From a bacterium (GTDB lineage Bacteria > Patescibacteriota > Saccharimonadia > Saccharimonadales > DATKHC01): DNA of 64,000 nt. Under the pieces are notes generated by a model. That model did not search any database and had not been told where the DNA came from. It saw nothing but the letters and a program-made list of their open reading frames with translations. The stretch is taken from assembly GCA_021781215.1 (NCBI GenBank), contig JAJXXC010000004.1, positions 2,975 through 66,974 on the forward strand, written 5' to 3'. Positions 58,299 through 64,000 of the stretch are shown here, one piece after another; the stretch's first letter is position 1, and each line of letters begins with the position of its first letter. The position numbers and the translations under genes are program-made.

Positions 58299-58838
58299 TT
58301 TGAATGATGCTCGGTGAATTGGGGTAATACCCAGACTAGCTATAGCTAAGTAGTGTTCTTTTGTTGGATAACCGACATTGGAAATAAAATTATATCCAGG
58401 GTATTGTTCATCATATTGATACATGATGCGGTCTCTGGTGACCTTGGCAATTATGCTGGCAGCGCTTACGCAATCAAATTTCTGATCGGCCTTAATAATG
58501 GCTTCACTCTTGGGCAGATGTTCAAGGTAATTAAAATTGCCGTCGATTATCAATCGATCATATGGCTTCTGGATATTGCTACAGGCCTGCTCCATTGCAA
58601 ATTGGTTGGCTCTTGTCAGGCCATATTTATCAATAAACGATGGATCTGCATGACCAATTCCAATATATTCAGCCTTAGCCACAATTTGATCAAATAGTTT
58701 CTCTCTTTGATTCTTAGAAAGTAGTTTTGAGTCTCTGAGTCCTGAGATTGGAGATTTTAAGATTACGGCAGCACTATATAATGGACCGGCTAAGCTACCC
58801 CGTCCAACTTCATCTATTCCGACTAATATTTTAATCAA
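58287..58838 (-). CDS. rnhB: Ribonuclease HII
   Basis: GIDEVGRGSLAGPL, DSKLLS; follows rplS. The 3' end overlaps pepN by 12 nt (convergent). Confidence 0.9.
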   Translation of the reverse strand: MIKILVGIDEVGRGSLAGPLYSAAVILKSPISGLRDSKLLSKNQREKLFDQIVAKAEYIGIGHADPSFIDKYGLTRANQFAMEQACSNIQKPYDRLIIDGNFNYLEHLPKSEAIIKADQKFDCVSAASIIAKVTRDRIMYQYDEQYPGYNFISNVGYPTKEHYLAIASLGITPIHRASFKLFR

Positions 58839-58841
58839 CGA

Positions 58842-59291
58842 TTATTTTGCTTCGTCAGTAGCTGTTGTTTCAGGCTCTGGGGTTTCTGATTTAACTTCCG
58901 GCGCTACTACTTCTTCGATTTTATTTGCAGCTTCTTTATCAAAATCAATACCACTTAGTCTCGTAGCCTTACCAGTCAAAGTTTTCATATAAGAAAGATA
59001 ATTTCTTCTGACTTTACTTCTCTTAGTAATTTCAATCTTGATTACTAATGGGCTATGTAGCAAAAAACTCTTCTCAACACCTATACCACTAGCTAATCGT
59101 CTAACTGTAATTCTATTGGTATGACTCTTTACTCTATCGGTTCTAATAACTAAGCCTTGGAAAACCTGAACTCTATCCTTATTGCCTTCACGAATTTTCT
59201 GATGGACTTTAACAGTATCACCACTGCGAACATCAACAACTTGGTGTTTTTTATATTTATTCTCAAATCTTTCTAAAATTGAACTACTCAT
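58842..59291 (-). CDS. rplS: 50S ribosomal protein L19 with acidic C-terminal extension
   Basis: VRSGDTVKVHQKIREGNKDRVQVFQGLVI. Confidence 0.95.
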   Translation of the reverse strand: MSSSILERFENKYKKHQVVDVRSGDTVKVHQKIREGNKDRVQVFQGLVIRTDRVKSHTNRITVRRLASGIGVEKSFLLHSPLVIKIEITKRSKVRRNYLSYMKTLTGKATRLSGIDFDKEAANKIEEVVAPEVKSETPEPETTATDEAK

Positions 59292-59372
59292 TAAAATCCC
59301 TAGTTTATTTATTTAATTTACTAAAACTTTAGAACATCATTATAACACCATTTTCAGCTTTTTAAAATACTT

Positions 59373-60977
59373 TTAGCCAATAACTCTATAGATTTCATCT
59401 AGTGTGGTTTTGCCATCAATAACTTTAAGAATTCCATCCTGAAGCATGGTTTTCATCCCGCTATTAATTGCTGCTTGCTCCAGCCCCTCTATTGAACTAG
59501 CGCCATTAGACTTAAGTAAGTCTAAGATCTCTCCACTCATTTGAAATTGTTCTCTAATGGCAATTTGCCCACTGAATCCAAATGGGTTGCTCTCAGTTGT
59601 GCCGGGCTTATATAATTTTAGGTTTGTTAGATCTGGTTTTTCAACTTCCGGAGGCAACGTATCTATGATTTTCTTAATTCGTTCAATAGATTCAGCATCG
59701 GCATCAATTTTTACCTTAGTATTTTCATCAAGTCTTCTGACTAATCTCTGAGCCATTACTAATCTGATAGAAGAAATAAACAATGGGTTCTGCCCTATTA
59801 TGTCCTGAAGACGCGCCAAAGCCGCACTGGCAGATGACGCGTGAAAAGTAGAGAGAACTAAGTGACCGGTCAAGGCAGCTTGCAAAGCAGTAACTGCGGT
59901 ATCATTATCGCGAATCTCACCTACCATTACCACATCAGGGTCCAGCCTTAAAACAGCCCTGAGCCTTTCGGCAAAATTATTTTCATTTGTATTCTTCGAT
60001 GCAACTGATATTTGAGTTATACCAGGAAATTGATATTCTACCGGATCCTCAATTGTTATAATCTTTCGCTCAGGTGTCGATAGTGACCTAAGAATTGAAT
60101 AGAGCGTAGTGGTTTTTCCTGATCCAGTTGGTCCAACTACCAATACTAATCCTGAGGGCTTTTTAATAATATCGTCTAAAACCTTTCTCTCATCCGTTGA
60201 CAATCCTAATTTTTCAAGAGTAAACATATCGTCTCTCATGTTAAAAAGTCGCATCACTGCGTCCATGCCATTAATAGTTGGCGTAGTCTCAAGCCTAAGA
60301 TTAATGCTGACTTGCCGGCCATCTGCCATTTTAACCTTTTCGGCTATGTGGCCTTGTTGTGCCTGGTCTGAGCTAGTAGATATATTACCGCCAATAGCTA
60401 TGGCTGAGAGTAGAATGCGGTATTTATCAAGCGATAATTCGGCTATTGGATGGAGAACTCCATCGATTCTAAATCTAATTCTAACGCCAGCAGTTTGGGT
60501 TTCAATATGAATATCAGAAGCATTCAGCTTGTGAGCTTGCTGTACAAGATACGCCAACATATCATCCGCATTAATCTGATTAAGTATCTTTGAAACTGAA
60601 TCATTTGGTTCAATATTTTCAACTGATTTATTAATATCAATGTCTTGATAAACAACTTCTTTTGGCGGATCATAAAGTTTCATATAATCAGAAAAACCAG
60701 TATCAGATATTAACGAAAATGTTAATCTTTGATCTATAAACTGACCTCGAATATAGGTAATAGTTTGCTGAGAAGTATTATTAGTGATACCAAAAGAAAT
60801 ATTATATCTATCTGCCAAGATTGGAATTACTCGATATTTATATAAATCCTCTTTCGATAAAATATCTTTAAATATCTGTTTATTCTGAATGCTAGATGTA
60901 TCAATATAGGGCAGACCTAAAATTCCAGCCCTTTTATAAGTATTTTGTTCTTCCTCTTGTCTAGCGGTTAACGACAT
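59373..60977 (-). CDS. pilB: GspE/PilB-family type II/IV secretion (type IV pilus assembly) ATPase
   Basis: Walker A GPTGSGKTTT, Asp box, Walker B VMVGEIRD, His box. No pilC/pilM-type neighbours in the window. Confidence 0.85.
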   Translation of the reverse strand: MSLTARQEEEQNTYKRAGILGLPYIDTSSIQNKQIFKDILSKEDLYKYRVIPILADRYNISFGITNNTSQQTITYIRGQFIDQRLTFSLISDTGFSDYMKLYDPPKEVVYQDIDINKSVENIEPNDSVSKILNQINADDMLAYLVQQAHKLNASDIHIETQTAGVRIRFRIDGVLHPIAELSLDKYRILLSAIAIGGNISTSSDQAQQGHIAEKVKMADGRQVSINLRLETTPTINGMDAVMRLFNMRDDMFTLEKLGLSTDERKVLDDIIKKPSGLVLVVGPTGSGKTTTLYSILRSLSTPERKIITIEDPVEYQFPGITQISVASKNTNENNFAERLRAVLRLDPDVVMVGEIRDNDTAVTALQAALTGHLVLSTFHASSASAALARLQDIIGQNPLFISSIRLVMAQRLVRRLDENTKVKIDADAESIERIKKIIDTLPPEVEKPDLTNLKLYKPGTTESNPFGFSGQIAIREQFQMSGEILDLLKSNGASSIEGLEQAAINSGMKTMLQDGILKVIDGKTTLDEIYRVIG

Positions 60978-61046
60978 ATATTTATATTATAAAGCATAAG
61001 CGTGCAGTATCAGGGATTAATTTATTAAATGTTATATTGTATCAGT

Positions 61047-61547
61047 ATGAATAATAAAATAATTGTTATTGCCGATGATATTAGAAGTAGCCATAATGTC
61101 GGATCATTACTTAGAACCTGTGAGGGTCTTGGTGTTGAAATGGTTTATTTAACAGGGTATACGCCCTATCCGCTATCAGATAAAGATACCCGACTACCCC
61201 ACATATCATCAAAAATTACCAAAAGAATTGTTAAGACTTCACTTGGAGCGGAAACGACTATTAACTGGGAGCACGTAGACAATATTCTTAATCTTATTAA
61301 TGATTTAAGAAAAAAGAATTACCAAATTATTGCCGTAGAGCTTACTGATACGGCAATTAAACTAAGTGACTTTAAAACACCTGATCGCGTTGCTTTTATT
61401 TTTGGCAATGAACGAACAGGTATTGCTGATGATCATTTGAAACACGTTGATCAAATAGTTTACATACCGATGCTGGGAAGCAAAGAATCATTTAATGTCG
61501 TTCAGTCGACAGCGATGGTACTTTATCAGGCAAGATTTATTAATTGA
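61047..61547 (+). CDS. SpoU/TrmH-family RNA 2'-O-methyltransferase
   Basis: SPOUT motifs NVGSLLRT, FIFGNERTGI, IPMLGSKESFNVVQS. The track start at 61029 is also possible. Confidence 0.8.
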   Translation: MNNKIIVIADDIRSSHNVGSLLRTCEGLGVEMVYLTGYTPYPLSDKDTRLPHISSKITKRIVKTSLGAETTINWEHVDNILNLINDLRKKNYQIIAVELTDTAIKLSDFKTPDRVAFIFGNERTGIADDHLKHVDQIVYIPMLGSKESFNVVQSTAMVLYQARFIN

Positions 61548-61596
61548 TATTATTATCTAATATGAGATAATAAGAATCAGTAAATTAAAAACAAAG

Positions 61597-62490
61597 ATGG
61601 CAAAATTAGATAAACGAGTAGCTATCAAAAGCTACCAAAAGCAACACGGGCTTCATCACAAGAAAGACAAAAAATACGGCCAAATATATTGGCCTTATCT
61701 ACCTGTATTATTAATTACCGTTCTCGGGTTTTCGGTCGGCCTATTTCTTATGGCTGGAAATCTAAATAATACTCCCAGTACCGTAAGCTATGCTTCATTA
61801 TTTACTTCAGTTAATCAGTACAGATCGAATAATGGTCAAAGCAAGCTAACTTATAGTCAAGACCTATCTAATGCTGCACAATATCAGGCCAATAAAATCG
61901 CCTCACTAGACAGTTGGTCACCATTAAATATGTCACGAAACCCTACATTTAATTTAATATCCACAAAATTCCAGAACCTATCATCACCATCTGAAAATCT
62001 TGCATACGGTTTTAAGAATAGTGGTTCAATTGTGTCGGCCTGGTCAAATAACAACTACCAAAATTCTAATATGTTAAGTCCGGGAGTAAACTCAGTTGGC
62101 TATGGTATTGTTAATGCTGCAAATTTCATGAATATGAGAAATCAAAAAATTGTAGTTACAATTTTCGCTGACAATAAATCACTACCAAATGGAGTAGTAT
62201 CAAAAATCAATTCCAACGGATACGGTATTAGTACTAGCGCCCCACAGTCCATGGCTGTCATTAGGCTAAATTCATTTATTAAACACGATAATATCCTAGA
62301 ACTATATGTTCTAGCTGGATTAATGTTACTAATCGCATTCACGCTATTATCGAAACACGCCTACATATTACATAAATGGATCAAACTAGAAGAGAAACTA
62401 GTGGTTGAGCACCCACTATTTGACCTTGCCTTAGTAGTTTCATTCATAGTCCTATCCAGCGCCATCCAAACCACTGGTTATATAAGCTAA
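61597..62490 (+). CDS. Membrane-anchored CAP/SCP (PR-1-like) domain protein
   Basis: N-terminal TM. CAP-like core (VNQYRSNNGQSKLTYSQDLSNAAQYQANKI...ENLAYGF...VSAWSNN...VGYGIV). C-terminal TM helices. Confidence 0.6.
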   Translation: MAKLDKRVAIKSYQKQHGLHHKKDKKYGQIYWPYLPVLLITVLGFSVGLFLMAGNLNNTPSTVSYASLFTSVNQYRSNNGQSKLTYSQDLSNAAQYQANKIASLDSWSPLNMSRNPTFNLISTKFQNLSSPSENLAYGFKNSGSIVSAWSNNNYQNSNMLSPGVNSVGYGIVNAANFMNMRNQKIVVTIFADNKSLPNGVVSKINSNGYGISTSAPQSMAVIRLNSFIKHDNILELYVLAGLMLLIAFTLLSKHAYILHKWIKLEEKLVVEHPLFDLALVVSFIVLSSAIQTTGYIS

Positions 62491-64000
62491 TTTAGCTTTA
62501 TATTTTCTTCGCCAACAATTGAAGTAATAGTTTTTAGTAGATCTTGGCTTGGTGTAACTTTAGAAGGTAATTTAATCGCCTGCCTAGATGCGCCTTCGCC
62601 AAATACTAATATCACAGGAGTAGTTCCGGGGAGAGTATCAATTAACTTCTTGATACTAAGTAGCGTTGAATGATTTTCACCATCAGGTAATTTTATATAT
62701 ATGGTTTTATTATCATTCTCAACCTTAGACCTCGTTCTTTTAGGTTTATACTGCAGCGCCACTTCGTCAGATATTTCATCCAAACTACTGACTAGGAATT
62801 TTAATTCAGTAAAATTATTGCTGTCCTTTGGCCTATCTGCAATTTTACCCTTAATAGTGTAGATTTTATCTCGACTTAAAATTTTGTTATATTTTGCAAA
62901 AACTTGAGGAAAAATAATTAGCTCGATTTCTCCAAAAAAATCTTCTAACTTAGCAAATGCCATTTTTTGGCCATTTTTAGTCGAAATTTGCCTAATACTA
63001 GTAATAAGTCCTCCGATATTTAGCTGCTTATCGTCCTTACTATGAATTAGTTCAGCAAGACTTATAGTTCGATCATTGAGAATATTTTTATATATATCTA
63101 GTGGGTGCTCACTAATATATATACCCATGAGCTCTCTTTCCCAGGCTAATTTTTGACGTTGAGTAGCAAGCCCTTCGGAATTATCCATAATTAATTTTTG
63201 ATCAGGTTTATTGTCTCCAGCTAACTGATCACCAAATAGATCGATTTGCCCAGTCTGTTCTTGTTTGCTTAAACGTAGTGAATAATTTAGTAGTTTTTCA
63301 ATATTAGCCAAAAACAGATTTCGATCACCAAATTTATCGAATGCTCCAGACTTAATAAGGCTCTCGAGAGTTTTCTTATTAACTAATCTGCTATTTACTC
63401 TACCTAAGAAATTCTCCATTGATAGAAATGGCTCATTTTTCCTGACATTTAGTATCTCCTCGACTGCACTTGAACCAACATTTTTTATTGCCTTTAGGCC
63501 AAATCTTATTTGGTTGGTGTCGGGAACTACAGCAAATTCTAGATATGATTCATTGATATCTGGTGCCAAAACATCTAGCTTCATATGTTTACATTCGGTA
63601 ATCTCAATCGCTAACCTATCAATGTCATCGTAATCACTAGTCATAACCGATGCCATAAAGGCTGCTGGGTAATGAACCTTTAGGTAAGCTGTCTGATATG
63701 CGATCAGAGCATAACAGGCAGCGTGAGAACGGTTAAAGCAATAGTGGGCAAAATCCTCTAATTGGGTCCATAGCGTTTCTATTAAATCCTTACTAGCTTT
63801 TGAATGAGTTACAGCTCCATCAATAAATTGAGTCTTCATTTTAGCCAATTCATCCGGCTTCTTCTTAGATATAGCTTTTCTTAGAGTGTCGGCCTGGCCA
63901 CCGGTAAATCCACACAAATCTTTAGATATTTGCATAACTTGTTCCTGGTAGACAATAACACCATATGTGGTTTCCAATGACGGCTGCATGCTGGGATGGA
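62487..64000 (-). CDS. dnaE: DNA polymerase III alpha subunit, C-terminal ~504 codons; the 5' part lies beyond the right window edge
   Basis: TYGVIVYQEQVMQISKDL...FNRSHAACYALIAYQTAYLKVHYPAAF matches the DnaE fingers/HhH/OB region. The frame stays open upstream of the track's first Met to position 64000. Confidence 0.9.
   Translation of the reverse strand, partial: HPSMQPSLETTYGVIVYQEQVMQISKDLCGFTGGQADTLRKAISKKKPDELAKMKTQFIDGAVTHSKASKDLIETLWTQLEDFAHYCFNRSHAACYALIAYQTAYLKVHYPAAFMASVMTSDYDDIDRLAIEITECKHMKLDVLAPDINESYLEFAVVPDTNQIRFGLKAIKNVGSSAVEEILNVRKNEPFLSMENFLGRVNSRLVNKKTLESLIKSGAFDKFGDRNLFLANIEKLLNYSLRLSKQEQTGQIDLFGDQLAGDNKPDQKLIMDNSEGLATQRQKLAWERELMGIYISEHPLDIYKNILNDRTISLAELIHSKDDKQLNIGGLITSIRQISTKNGQKMAFAKLEDFFGEIELIIFPQVFAKYNKILSRDKIYTIKGKIADRPKDSNNFTELKFLVSSLDEISDEVALQYKPKRTRSKVENDNKTIYIKLPDGENHSTLLSIKKLIDTLPGTTPVILVFGEGASRQAIKLPSKVTPSQDLLKTITSIVGEENIKLN

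Noticed and set aside
1-64000. Scan for CRISPR arrays, IS elements, integrases, prophage or known defence-system genes.
   Set aside because: I saw no direct-repeat/spacer periodicity and no transposase, integrase or Cas-like ORFs. The only repeated element noticed is the pair of CIRCE operators.

Overview
AT-rich bacterial chromosomal segment made up almost entirely of the core transcription and translation machinery. Every gene from 2105 to 45263 is on the minus strand, in the order tyrS, a methyltransferase, recG, a PLC-like protein, rsmD, tRNA-Leu, tig, clpP, rpoB, rpoC, rpsL, rpsG, fusA, tuf, rpsJ, the complete S10/spc/alpha ribosomal protein run, rplM, rpsI, rluD, holB, a tRNA cluster, rpmG, tRNA-Trp, secE, nusG, rplK and rplA. 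The right-hand third carries a very large class A PBP, yacL, radA, clpC, nusA, an M1 aminopeptidase, rnhB, rplS, a lone pilB-type ATPase, a SpoU methyltransferase, a CAP-domain protein and the 3' part of dnaE. Several features fit a reduced CPR/Patescibacteria-type (Saccharibacteria-like) genome, but this is inference only: no L30 gene between rpsE and rplO, no adk/map after secY, many Lys-rich tails on ribosomal proteins, and standard code 11 (TGA stops, tRNA-Trp CCA). I saw no rRNA, CRISPR array, transposase or integrase. The most notable points are these. (1) tRNA-Thr(GGU) is split in its anticodon loop by a 217-nt ORF-less group I intron. A decayed LAGLIDADG homing-endonuclease gene and a tRNA-like fragment lie just upstream. 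(2) Two essentially perfect CIRCE (HrcA) operators overlap near-consensus promoters of clpP and clpC, each starting directly after the stop codon of the upstream gene. (3) rpsL is broken by one extra A in an A7 run. (4) rpsJ is attached to tuf and is separated from rplC by a structured 147-nt leader. (5) TyrRS has both histidines of its HIGH signature replaced. RNA and regulatory coordinates were mapped by hand against ORF-track anchors and may be off by 1-2 nt.
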